Source: a virus. From it: a DNA stretch of 64,000 nt. The position numbers and the translations under genes are program-made. The notes below the pieces were generated by a model. It was given only the letters and a program-made list of their open reading frames with translations. It was not told the DNA's origin and did not search any database. Where the stretch lies: positions 32,001 through 96,000 of IMG/VR virus record IMGVR_UViG_3300044816_000098, one strand, 5' to 3'. This document shows positions 27,456 through 35,953 of this stretch, one piece after another; position 1 is the first letter of the stretch; the number at the start of each line of letters is the position of its first letter.

Positions 27456-27905
27456 ATGTTCATCCATCTCGACCTGTTCACCCTGACGACCGTGCTACCG
27501 GCCTATGCCGCTGTCGGCACGGTCTACGCCCGGATCCACTACCGGGCCCAGGTCCGCAAGTACTACGCCGCCGCCGTCCAGGCGTGGAAGGACAAGAACG
27601 GCGGCCAGGACATGACCCCCGCCGGGATGCAGCAGATCGACACGGGCTTCCACAGCGTGGGCCAGAAGAAGCTTTCCGGCATCGCCTTCGACAAGGGCAT
27701 CTTCTGGCCGGTCGCCCTGGTGGGCTCCTTCATCTACTCCACCCCCAAGGCGGAGGGGGCCGAGGCCGACGCCCGCAAGGAGGTCGAGAACGCCCGGCTC
27801 CGCAAGAAGATCGAGCACATGGAGGCGGTCATGGAGAAGGAGGCCCAGGATCGCTTGGCCATCCTGGAGGCCGACGACGGCAAGAAGGGCTGGGACATTG
27901 TTTGA
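27456..27905 (+). CDS. membrane protein with coiled coil (paralog 2)
   Basis: Two TM segments, FWP, EADARKEVENARLRKKI. Confidence 0.8.
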   Translation: MFIHLDLFTLTTVLPAYAAVGTVYARIHYRAQVRKYYAAAVQAWKDKNGGQDMTPAGMQQIDTGFHSVGQKKLSGIAFDKGIFWPVALVGSFIYSTPKAEGAEADARKEVENARLRKKIEHMEAVMEKEAQDRLAILEADDGKKGWDIV

Positions 27906-28227
27906 GCGCCCTGCCCCCGAGGGGGAGCCCGGCTACTGGGACCAGCCCGATCCCCTGCTCCCGGCGCACCTGGATACGTTCTCCCTGTTCGCCATGAACG
28001 AGACCACGATCTCCCAGATGCAGCGCATGGGCTGGGAGGAGGAGCACGTGGACCAGGTGCGGGCCTCGATGGACTCCGTGTACGTCCGGTACCGCGAGGA
28101 GCTGGCGGAGCAGTACATGAGCTACCCGGCGCACCTGAGGGCCCACCAGTGGTTCATGAGGGACTACCTCCCGGCCATCCAGTTCTGGCCCGACGGAGGG
28201 GTCCTGGACAGCTCCCACCCCCGGTAG
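27898..28227 (+). CDS. hypothetical protein
   Basis: Codon bias; start uncertain. Confidence 0.65.
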   Translation: MFERPAPEGEPGYWDQPDPLLPAHLDTFSLFAMNETTISQMQRMGWEEEHVDQVRASMDSVYVRYREELAEQYMSYPAHLRAHQWFMRDYLPAIQFWPDGGVLDSSHPR

Positions 28228-28294
28228 AGCCCCTGCATGACCCCGAGGGCCCGTCTGCGTAGTGAACGTCAGACGGGCCCTCGAACATGTCTTA

Positions 28295-28323
28295 GGTTAC
28301 TACAAGGATTCTTGTGGTAGGCT
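28295..28323 (+). promoter_or_regulatory. degenerate promoter-operator copy
   Basis: TACTACAAGGATTCTTGTGGTAGGCT; weak -35. Confidence 0.6.
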
Positions 28324-28392
28324 CTACCAAGAATTGTACGAGGGAGGTATTCATCCTCATCTCGTTCCCCGTAATCCCCTGAGGAGACTCAC

Positions 28393-28557
28393 ATGAACCA
28401 CTACGGATCTCTGGCACACACCGGTGTGGGCCTGACCATCGCTGGGGTGGTGCTCGACCAGACCTGGCTGATCACCGCTTCTGTGGCCCTGGTCGTGCTC
28501 GGTGCCCTGGTCGTGCGCGTCACCTTCCGCCGCAACCGCACCGTGGACAGCATCTGA
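28393..28557 (+). CDS. 54-aa peptide with LAxTG-like motif, hydrophobic segment and basic tail (not in ORF track)
   Basis: MNHYGSLAHTGVGLTIAG..VRVTFRRNR; GAGGAG RBS; TGATG coupling to the GT2 gene. Confidence 0.7.
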   Translation: MNHYGSLAHTGVGLTIAGVVLDQTWLITASVALVVLGALVVRVTFRRNRTVDSI

Positions 28558-29975
28558 TGGCCGCTGTACCCACTGCGACGTTCGCGGGACCTGGACGGGT
28601 CGCAGCACTGACGCTCATACCTCTGGTGGGCTTCATCGCCTGGGGGATCTACCACGCGCTGGCCGTGACCCAGGCGTTCGAGGGACACGGCAACAAACTC
28701 GCCACCGCGTGGGCTGTGTCCTTCCTGCTGCTGTGGTGGGTACCGGTCGCGTGGAGAGAGAAGCCCCTCACCGCGACACCTCGCCAGCAGAAGGCGCTGG
28801 ACCGACTCTTCGTCACCGTGCAGATCCCGGCCTACAACGAGGAGGAGAACGCTCTTCGCCAGTGCATCCAGTCGCTCTTCGACCAGACCCGGCTTCCGAA
28901 CCGGATCCACGTGGTGGACGACGGCTCGGTGGACAAGGCCCAGGGCGTCCCGATCACCTACGACGCGGTGAAGGACTGGTTCCTGACCACGGCGTGGGAC
29001 CTGGGGATCGAGGCCACCTGGGTGCGTACGGTGAACCGGGGCAAGCGGCACGCCCAGATGGAGGTCCTGACGGACGATGACGGGGACATCTTCGTCACCC
29101 TGGACAGTGACTCCGTTCTGGACCGCCAGGCGCTCAGAGAGGGCCTCAAGCCCTTTGCCGACCCCAAGGTGATGTCGGTCGCGGGCATGGTCGTGGTGCT
29201 CAACAGCCGGGACAACCTGCTGACGTTCATGACGAGCATGCTGTACCTGCCCTTCACCCGGGGATTCCGCTCCGCACAGTCGGTGCTGAAGCGGGTCATG
29301 GTGAACTCGGGGACGCTGGCGTTCTACCGGGGAGACGTGGTGCGCAAGCACGCGGGCTCGTACGAGAACGAGAGCTTCCGTGGCAAGCCCATGCAGATGA
29401 ACGACGACTCCATGCTGACCTTCTACGCGATGCTGGAGGGGGACACCGTCCACCAGCCGTCGGCTATCTGCTTCACGCTGGCGCCGGTGAAGGTCAAGCA
29501 CTACCTGAACCAGCAGTTCCGCTGGATGCGGGGGACCTTCGTCCGCACCTTCTGGTGGTTCCGGTACCTGTCGCCCACGAGCATCGCGTGGTGGATGCCG
29601 GTTATGGAGATGGCGCAGCTCCTGCTGTCGCTGATCATCCCGATCGCGCTCATCACGGATCCGGCCCAGGCCGGGAACATGTGGAACCTGGTCCAGTCGA
29701 CCATCTGGGTGGGGCTCGGGGTCAACTACGTGATCGCCCTGAGGTTCTTCTCCATCGACCGGACGGACGAGTCCTTCTGGTTCCGCATGGCGCTGTTCCT
29801 CACCTCGCCCCTGACGGGCATCTGGCGCCTGCTGGTGCTGCGTCCCATGTACTTCTACGCTCTCGCCACCTGCTGGAAGGTCGGCAAGTGGGGGACGCGG
29901 GAGACCGTCGAGGTCGGTATGGCCCCGGTGGATCAGCCCGTCGTACCGCTCGACAAGATCAACACCAACGCCTGA
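28557..29975 (+). CDS. processive GT2 glycosyltransferase (hyaluronan synthase/NodC-like)
   Basis: PAYNE, DDGS, NRGKRHAQ, DSD, NDD, QQFRW; TM helices at both ends. Confidence 0.9.
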   Translation: MAAVPTATFAGPGRVAALTLIPLVGFIAWGIYHALAVTQAFEGHGNKLATAWAVSFLLLWWVPVAWREKPLTATPRQQKALDRLFVTVQIPAYNEEENALRQCIQSLFDQTRLPNRIHVVDDGSVDKAQGVPITYDAVKDWFLTTAWDLGIEATWVRTVNRGKRHAQMEVLTDDDGDIFVTLDSDSVLDRQALREGLKPFADPKVMSVAGMVVVLNSRDNLLTFMTSMLYLPFTRGFRSAQSVLKRVMVNSGTLAFYRGDVVRKHAGSYENESFRGKPMQMNDDSMLTFYAMLEGDTVHQPSAICFTLAPVKVKHYLNQQFRWMRGTFVRTFWWFRYLSPTSIAWWMPVMEMAQLLLSLIIPIALITDPAQAGNMWNLVQSTIWVGLGVNYVIALRFFSIDRTDESFWFRMALFLTSPLTGIWRLLVLRPMYFYALATCWKVGKWGTRETVEVGMAPVDQPVVPLDKINTNA

Positions 29976-29983
29976 GGAGAACC

Positions 29984-30232
29984 ATGCCGAACAGTGAAGA
30001 GCACCGGGCAGACCTGTGGGACGCGCTCGCAGATCTGGGGTCCGAACGGAAGACCACCCTGTTCAAGAAGCGGCTGTGTTTCGAGGACAACAACGAAGCA
30101 CTCGACCTGGACCCTGTGGTTCTCGCGGCATTGGAGGAGACCCTCACGGTTCTGATGAGCCGCGCGGACGCTCAGTCCTATCTCCATGAGCGAGTGCTCC
30201 TAGCCAAGCGCTTCGTGCCCAAGGTCGACTAA
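29984..30232 (+). CDS. hypothetical protein
   Basis: GAGGAG RBS. Confidence 0.65.
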   Translation: MPNSEEHRADLWDALADLGSERKTTLFKKRLCFEDNNEALDLDPVVLAALEETLTVLMSRADAQSYLHERVLLAKRFVPKVD

Positions 30233-30432
30233 TGGGGGAGAGGCCCCCTGAGGACTTCTCTGACCCCATCGCGGTGTGGAACGACTCCCAGAGGACCCCG
30301 GGGACTCCCTGGGGCGTCTCAGGGGCCATGTGGGGCCGTCTGTGGGAGTATCCCGGGGCCTTCTACCTCTTCGGCAGGGTCTACCGCTGGGACACGGTGG
30401 ACGGACGGCTGAGCCTGACGAAGAGAAGGTGA
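30232..30432 (+). CDS. hypothetical protein
   Basis: TAATG coupling. Confidence 0.55.
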   Translation: MGERPPEDFSDPIAVWNDSQRTPGTPWGVSGAMWGRLWEYPGAFYLFGRVYRWDTVDGRLSLTKRR

Positions 30433-30441
30433 GGAAGGGGC

Positions 30442-30470
30442 TTGTACTCCTGCAATCGCAGGAGTAGAGT
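30442..30470 (+). promoter_or_regulatory. repeated promoter-operator
   Basis: TTGTAC-17bp-TAGAGT. Confidence 0.85.
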
Positions 30471-30512
30471 CTTACTCAGCAGCACAGCACACCGACTCTC
30501 CGGAGGATCACC

Positions 30513-30824
30513 ATGGCGAAGAAGATCACTCGCAAGCAGGCCGAAGCCGTTCTCCAGTCCGTCGAGGCCCAGTTCGCCCGGTACATCGAGCCCGGCTACG
30601 GCCCCAAGCTCATGGACGAGGACTGGGACGAGGGCTTCTGGGCGATCGTCTGGGAAGAGGGCGCTCCGTACGAGTGGACCCTTGCCGCCGAGGTCGGTGG
30701 GACCGACGAGGAGCTGAGCGTTCTGCGGGGAGAGCGCGTGGACATCCCCGCTGCGGCCTCCTGGCCCAAGGGCGTCTTCGCGGAGCCGGTGAACAACTGC
30801 GTGCTGGGCCTGTACCCGGCCTAG
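30513..30824 (+). CDS. hypothetical protein
   Basis: Leader motif and RBS. Confidence 0.8.
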   Translation: MAKKITRKQAEAVLQSVEAQFARYIEPGYGPKLMDEDWDEGFWAIVWEEGAPYEWTLAAEVGGTDEELSVLRGERVDIPAAASWPKGVFAEPVNNCVLGLYPA

Positions 30825-30862
30825 AGCCCGACAGCCCGGCGGGAGCTGTGATCCCGCCCCTC

Positions 30863-30980
30863 GTCCCCATAGCTCAAGAGCCCCCAGCACATGCGGCCCT
30901 GTAAGGGTGGCTGTGGGCTCTGGCAGAGCAGACGCCTCCCCAGGCGCCACAGATGCAGGTTCGAAGCCTGCTGGGGGCTC
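30863..30980 (+). ncRNA. tRNA-like element with a large D-loop insertion
   Basis: Acceptor GTCCCCA/TGGGGGC, TAGCTCAA..TGGCAGAGC D arm, T arm GCAGGTTCGAAGCCTGC. Confidence 0.6.
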
Positions 30981-31013
30981 TCAGAGCCTTTCTCGGACTC
31001 CCTGGAGGATCCC

Positions 31014-31742
31014 GTGACCGTCAAGAACCTGCCTCTGCACGCCAACAGCCATCAGGTCACGCAGGAGGGGACGACCGAGGTGACCGTTTTCTTCACCAAG
31101 CCCATCCCCGGGATCGACCCGAACTTGTTGAGCGGCATCTACAACACCTTTGGATGCCACTGGTGTGGGAGGCGCCCTCCGATGCGGGTGGAGGACGACG
31201 GGGTGTACATCGACGAGGCGTGCACCGTGCCCGAGGGCATCACCACGGTGATCCACCTGGAGGTCCCCTCCGGCACGATCATCGTGAGGGACGACCTGCG
31301 GGCCGTGTACGACGTGGACCGCGACGACCTGGCCGACTACAACTCCGTCCTGGGGCAGGCTCAGTACGTCGAGGCCATGGCCCAGCTCGGTTGCGCGTAC
31401 GGCCCGGTGGGCAACTCCTGCCCCGACCTGTGGAAGACCGGCAAGGACACGTACGTCATCGGCAAGATGCCGTACGACGAGGAGACCGACGAGCAGATCG
31501 TCACCCCGCCCGGCTCCGTCAAGCTGGCGGGCGTCTGTACCGGCCTGTGGGCCTACTCCATCGCTGACTACCAGGATTGGCTGTCCAAGGGCGGCGAGAC
31601 GGTCGAGGAGCTGGGCTGGACTTCCACGCTGGTGGAGGTGCCCCCGGGCACGTACCAGTTCACCCTCCACTCGGGGGAGAAGGGCTTCGACCACTGGGGC
31701 GAGAACGGAGTGATCTTCGCCGACGTGAAGAAGGTCGCCTGA
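31014..31742 (+). CDS. hypothetical protein
   Basis: Leader motif before GTG; codon bias. Confidence 0.75.
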   Translation: MTVKNLPLHANSHQVTQEGTTEVTVFFTKPIPGIDPNLLSGIYNTFGCHWCGRRPPMRVEDDGVYIDEACTVPEGITTVIHLEVPSGTIIVRDDLRAVYDVDRDDLADYNSVLGQAQYVEAMAQLGCAYGPVGNSCPDLWKTGKDTYVIGKMPYDEETDEQIVTPPGSVKLAGVCTGLWAYSIADYQDWLSKGGETVEELGWTSTLVEVPPGTYQFTLHSGEKGFDHWGENGVIFADVKKVA

Positions 31743-31745
31743 GGG

Positions 31746-31775
31746 TTGACACTACAAGAATCCTTGTAGTAGCGT
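31746..31775 (+). promoter_or_regulatory. repeated promoter-operator (consensus TTGACA -35)
   Basis: TTGACA-18bp-TAGCGT. Confidence 0.85.
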
Positions 31776-31816
31776 TCCTCTTGTCACCACGCAGCACCGA
31801 CTCCCCGGAGGCCACC

Positions 31817-32020
31817 ATGGCAACCATTACCCAGCTTCGTTCCGCCGCCAAGCAGGGCGCGACTCTCATCGTCACCAGCGGCGTGTACGAGGGCGAAGAG
31901 GTCTACTACAGCCCCGATGGTGACGAGCTGCCGTGGCGTGTGACCGGGAAGACCTGGCTGGACCGGGTGCACTCCAGCCAGGTCGAGATCGTGTTGGAGC
32001 AGGACTGCCCCAGCGCTTGA
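31817..32020 (+). CDS. hypothetical protein
   Basis: Leader motif and RBS. Confidence 0.7.
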   Translation: MATITQLRSAAKQGATLIVTSGVYEGEEVYYSPDGDELPWRVTGKTWLDRVHSSQVEIVLEQDCPSA

Positions 32021-32057
32021 CCCCTACGGCCTGCCGGGAGCCGTGATCCCGGCGCCA

Positions 32058-32132
32058 CCCCTCGTGGCGCAACTGGCAGACGCACCGGCTTCAAGTACCG
32101 GACAAGTGTGGGTTCGACTCCCACCGAGGGGA
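32058..32132 (+). tRNA. tRNA-Leu(CAA), short variable loop
   Basis: CCCCTCG/CGAGGGG acceptor, TGGCGCAACTGGCAGACGC D arm, loop TTCAAGT, GGTTCGACTCC T arm. Confidence 0.8.
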
Positions 32133-32161
32133 CGCCAGACACCGACTCTCAGGAGGCACCT

Positions 32162-32485
32162 ATGCCCACCTTCATGATCCAGCCCTCCGCGTACGTCGAC
32201 CAGATCGTGGACGGCATGGAGCTGACCAAGCTCCCGTACCCGTACTACGCCGACACCGAGGGCAACGTGGCCAACCAGGAGTTCTGGAGCGGCACCGTGG
32301 CCAAGGTCGTGGGCTTCCAGAAGGACCTGGCCAAGCAGCAGATCAACCTGTCGTGGTACCAGGCCACCAAGGACCCGAGCAAGGCCACGGGGATGTACCT
32401 GATCACCAAGGACGACAAGGGCCAGTACAGCGTCCACAACACCGCCATGGAGTTCGTGCGGGACATGGAGGCCGCCGAACTCTAG
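32162..32485 (+). CDS. hypothetical protein
   Basis: AGGAGG RBS. Confidence 0.75.
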   Translation: MPTFMIQPSAYVDQIVDGMELTKLPYPYYADTEGNVANQEFWSGTVAKVVGFQKDLAKQQINLSWYQATKDPSKATGMYLITKDDKGQYSVHNTAMEFVRDMEAAEL

Positions 32486-32492
32486 GCACACC

Positions 32493-32655
32493 GGGACCGA
32501 GTGGTGAGCGTAGGCCGGTTCGATTCCGGTCGTCCCCCAGGTGGGGGTGTGGGGTTTGACTCCCCTTGACCATGATGGCGAAAAGGATTGCCCGCAGACG
32601 TGATGACGCGATGAGTGCGGGAACCGCGCAGAGGGGTTCGACTCCCCTCCGGCCC
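32493..32655 (+). ncRNA. cluster of three T-arm-like hairpins / truncated tRNA-like RNAs
   Basis: GCCGGTTCGATTCCGGT-CGTCCC-CCA; GGGGTTTGACTCCCC; GAGGGGTTCGACTCCCCTC. Confidence 0.5.
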
Positions 32656-32685
32656 ACGACAGACACCGACTCCAAGGAGGCCCAC

Positions 32686-33468
32686 GTGGATCTTTCCTCA
32701 GCTCGACTCGCGGCACTGAACTCCGCGACCAAGTACCCCTCGATCGAGACCTTCCACGTCCTGGGGGAGCGCGGCGCCCTCACCGAGCAGGTCGGCCCCT
32801 TCTGGGGCGCGGAGCCCAAGGAGCGGGTGTTCCTCACCGAGAAGGTGGACGGCACCAACGGCCGGATCATCCTGCTTCCGGGCGGCGACTACTTCATCGG
32901 CTCCCGCGAGGAGCTGCTCTATGCCGAGGGCGACCGGGTGGAGAACCCCGCCTTGAGCATCGTGGAGGTGCTCAAGCCCCTCGCGGAAGAGCTGATCGGC
33001 CTGATGGATCAGAACGACGACCTGGCCCACGTGGTGTACCTGGAGGTCTACGGCGGCAAGGTCGGCGCCCAGGCGAAGCAGTACTCCGGCCTGGGCGGCA
33101 AGAGCGCCCGGATGTTCGATGTGGCGGCCGTGGACCTGGAGTGGCTGGACGAGTCCCGCGAGAGGATCTCCACCTGGCGGGAGAACGGCGGACAGGACTT
33201 CTACGACGAGAAGCGGCTCAACGCCTTCTCCCAGGCCGCTGGGCTGCCCCGTGTGCCGCTCCTGGGCTCCACGTTCGCCGACCTCCTCCCGACGTCTGTG
33301 GAGGGCATGTCCTCCTTCCTGAGGGACTACCTGCCCAACACCCGCGTCGCCCTGGACGCGGAGGCGGGTAACAAGGCCGAGGGCATCGTGTTCCGCACCG
33401 AGAACCGGAACCGGATCGCCAAGGCCCGCTTCCAGGACTACGAGCGCACGCTCAAGCGCAGGAAGTAG
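32686..33468 (+). CDS. ATP-dependent RNA ligase (Rnl2-like)
   Basis: KYPSI, TEKVDGTN (motif I), EVYG, FDV, EGIVFR, AK. Confidence 0.85.
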   Translation: MDLSSARLAALNSATKYPSIETFHVLGERGALTEQVGPFWGAEPKERVFLTEKVDGTNGRIILLPGGDYFIGSREELLYAEGDRVENPALSIVEVLKPLAEELIGLMDQNDDLAHVVYLEVYGGKVGAQAKQYSGLGGKSARMFDVAAVDLEWLDESRERISTWRENGGQDFYDEKRLNAFSQAAGLPRVPLLGSTFADLLPTSVEGMSSFLRDYLPNTRVALDAEAGNKAEGIVFRTENRNRIAKARFQDYERTLKRRK

Positions 33469-33472
33469 ACCC

Positions 33473-33739
33473 ATGGGGCAACAGATCATCCAGCAGCCGG
33501 ACGGGCTCTTCGCGGTCTTTTCCACCGTGACCGACTCGCTCATCATCACCGACGCCACTCCGGAGGAACTGGTGGAGTGGCGGGCCGAGCAGGCGGCGGA
33601 GAGGGCCCGGGAGAGTGCCCGGACCGAGCTGAAGAACGTGATGGCCGGGGAGCCCTGGAAGAGCTACTACTTCCGGGTGCTGACCTGGGACGAGGTCCAG
33701 GAGATGGAGAAGCAGCGGAAGGAGGGGTACGGCTGGTGA
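33473..33739 (+). CDS. hypothetical protein
   Basis: Codon bias. Confidence 0.75.
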   Translation: MGQQIIQQPDGLFAVFSTVTDSLIITDATPEELVEWRAEQAAERARESARTELKNVMAGEPWKSYYFRVLTWDEVQEMEKQRKEGYGW

Positions 33740-33936
33740 ACACGATCCTGATCGGCTTCGGGGCGGCGGAGGCGCTGTTGCTCCTGGGCTGTGTGGCCTA
33801 CTGCATCCCGCAGGCGATCGAGTTCGGGGTGGGGGCAGTCCTCTTCCCGACCAGGGAGTTCTGGACGGGCACTGCGGTGCTGTGGGAGGCCCTGCTGGTC
33901 ACCATCGTGGTCCACGATCATGTGCGGCTCTGGTGA
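33736..33936 (+). CDS. small two-TM membrane protein
   Basis: Hydrophobic; ends IVVHDHVRLW. Confidence 0.65.
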   Translation: MNTILIGFGAAEALLLLGCVAYCIPQAIEFGVGAVLFPTREFWTGTAVLWEALLVTIVVHDHVRLW

Positions 33937-34205
33937 AGCGGGGAGCGGAGATCCCGGAGGCGGAGTTCGACGTCCTGGATCGGATCCGGATCTTGCGGGA
34001 GCAGTTGAAGGAGACGGAGTTCATGACCATCCAGTCACTCCTTCAGCAGGGGTACTCGATGTCCATGATCGCCATCCCCATGCGGATGACCAAGCAGGCC
34101 CTGCGGGGACGGCTGGTGAAGGGCTACTACGGCGAAGTGGTGGACGTGGCTCCCCAGGAGAGCTTCGAGGATGTCCTCGCGTCCGTCATGGAGGAGCGCA
34201 CATGA
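33933..34205 (+). CDS. small HTH-like protein
   Basis: QGYSMSMIAIPMRMTKQALRGR. Confidence 0.65.
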   Translation: MKRGAEIPEAEFDVLDRIRILREQLKETEFMTIQSLLQQGYSMSMIAIPMRMTKQALRGRLVKGYYGEVVDVAPQESFEDVLASVMEERT

Positions 34206-34408
34206 GCGATATCACGATCGTCTTCGGCTTCTTGGAGTCGCTGTTGATGCTGGTGAGCGGCCTGACCTTCCTCTGGGGGATCAAGCGGGGGTGGGAGATG
34301 GAGATGTTCCTGCCCGTGGCCATGGCGGCGATCGGTACGGTCGTCCTGGTCGTGTCATGGATGGTCGTGGTGATCGTTCACGACCATCTCCACATCGCCT
34401 TCACCTGA
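34202..34408 (+). CDS. small two-TM membrane protein
   Basis: Hydrophobic; ends VIVHDHLHIAFT. Confidence 0.65.
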   Translation: MSDITIVFGFLESLLMLVSGLTFLWGIKRGWEMEMFLPVAMAAIGTVVLVVSWMVVVIVHDHLHIAFT

Positions 34409-34411
34409 GGC

Positions 34412-34440
34412 TTGTACTCCTGCAATTGCAGGAGTAGAGT
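34412..34440 (+). promoter_or_regulatory. repeated promoter-operator (perfect palindrome)
   Basis: TACTCCTGCAA-TTGCAGGAGTA spanning TTGTAC..TAGAGT. Confidence 0.9.
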
Positions 34441-34478
34441 CTTACTCAGCAGGACACACCGACTCCCCGGAGGTTCAC

Positions 34479-34793
34479 ATGGTCCAGATTCGCGCCAACG
34501 TCGTCAGCCGCTTCCTCTCCGCGAACGGCTTCTCCCGCTCGGTGACCAGCGCGACCCGCATCCGGGGCTGGAACACCTGGACCACCGGCTACGAGGCCAC
34601 GCTCCAGAGCGACGGCAAGGTCCGGGTCATGTGGACGATGGGTTCCCGCAGCGGACAGGCCAGCTCGCGGGAGATCGCGGACAAGCAGGCCGCCATGAGG
34701 ACCGTGCTGGAGCGGCGCTACACCGTCGAGATCGGCGTGGACGGATTCTTCAACGACCGCGAGCACCTGTTGGTGAGCGCCAAGCAGTCCTGA
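34479..34793 (+). CDS. hypothetical protein
   Basis: Leader motif and RBS. Confidence 0.75.
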   Translation: MVQIRANVVSRFLSANGFSRSVTSATRIRGWNTWTTGYEATLQSDGKVRVMWTMGSRSGQASSREIADKQAAMRTVLERRYTVEIGVDGFFNDREHLLVSAKQS

Positions 34794-34874
34794 CCCCACA
34801 CAGCCCCTGGCGACCCGTTCGCCAGGGGCTGTGGCCTGTCATGCCCAACCACATCCGAACCGAGGAGATACCCC

Positions 34875-35120
34875 ATGGCCGAGCTGAGTGAACTGAGCCT
34901 GCTGATCATCGAGCGGGACCGGCTGCTGCACAAGGCCCGTTCCAAGACCAACCTGACGATCATCGGCGCTCTCCTCCCGACCGGGGACGACGCCGCCGAC
35001 ATCGAGATTCTGCGTACGGAGATCGATGACCTGAGTGAGTTCATCGGCCGTCCGACCCCGGGACTGCACACCGACACGGTCGACACCACCGAGGAGGATG
35101 ACGACCCGACGAACACCTGA
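34875..35120 (+). CDS. hypothetical protein
   Basis: GAGGAG RBS. Confidence 0.7.
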   Translation: MAELSELSLLIIERDRLLHKARSKTNLTIIGALLPTGDDAADIEILRTEIDDLSEFIGRPTPGLHTDTVDTTEEDDDPTNT

Positions 35121-35126
35121 CCGAGG

Positions 35127-35155
35127 TTGTACTCCCGAGATTCTTGTACTACCTT
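35127..35155 (+). promoter_or_regulatory. repeated promoter-operator (degenerate)
   Basis: TTGTAC-17bp-TACCTT. Confidence 0.7.
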
Positions 35156-35185
35156 CCGGCAGTCCGCCTATACGAGGAGATGCCC

Positions 35186-35626
35186 GTGAACAAGAAGTCG
35201 ATCAGCACAACGCTCGCTCTGACTCTCGTAGCGGTCGGGTGGGGAGTTACCACCGCCCAGACCTCCGAGGCCGCCACAACCGGCGTCAGGGCCCTCAGCG
35301 TGGCCGCGTCGAAGAAGGGCTCGCCCTACCAGTGGGGCGCGGTGGGCCCGTACCGCTTCGACTGCTCCGGCCTGACGCTCTACGCGTTCAAGCGCGTGGG
35401 CAAGACCCTGCCGCGTACCGCGCAGTCCCAGTACAACAAGTCGCACCACATCTCGAAGGCGTCCCTGCGCCCGGGTGACCTGGTGTTCTTCTACTCCGGC
35501 AGCAGCGTCTACCACGTCGGCATCTACGCCGGTGGGGGCAAGATCTGGCACGCGCCCAAGTCGGGCACCCGCGTGCGCCTGGAGAAGATCTGGACCAGCC
35601 ACGTCAAGTACGGCCGCATCAGCTAA
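35186..35626 (+). CDS. secreted NlpC/P60 (C40) peptidoglycan peptidase
   Basis: Signal peptide; PYQWG, FDCSGLT, LPRTA, PGDLVFF, HVGIY. Confidence 0.9.
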   Translation: MNKKSISTTLALTLVAVGWGVTTAQTSEAATTGVRALSVAASKKGSPYQWGAVGPYRFDCSGLTLYAFKRVGKTLPRTAQSQYNKSHHISKASLRPGDLVFFYSGSSVYHVGIYAGGGKIWHAPKSGTRVRLEKIWTSHVKYGRIS

Positions 35627-35632
35627 GGGGAC

Positions 35633-35661
35633 TTGTACTCCTGCGATCCTTGTAGTAGCGT
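35633..35661 (+). promoter_or_regulatory. repeated promoter-operator
   Basis: TTGTAC-17bp-TAGCGT. Confidence 0.85.
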
Positions 35662-35698
35662 TCCTCTTGTCAGCACGACGACTCCTCTGGAGGCCACC

Positions 35699-35953
35699 AT
35701 GGCGACTCTCGCGTTCCGCACCAGCAAGTCCGGCGCCCACACCATGCGCGTGTCGTACGACATCGGTAGCGGTGAGCAGGGCGAGGAGCTGTTCCGCCTG
35801 TTCCGGGGTCGCCCGTCGAGTCTCCTGAAGGTGACCCGGGCCTACGCGGCCAAGAACGGCCAGCGCTTCCAGACCGGCATCGTGCTCTCGGACGACGGCA
35901 ACGGGTCGGCTGTGGCGTGGCCCATCGGGACCGCGTCCAACCTCGGCAACTGA
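35699..35953 (+). CDS. hypothetical protein
   Basis: Leader motif and RBS. Confidence 0.7.
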   Translation: MATLAFRTSKSGAHTMRVSYDIGSGEQGEELFRLFRGRPSSLLKVTRAYAAKNGQRFQTGIVLSDDGNGSAVAWPIGTASNLGN

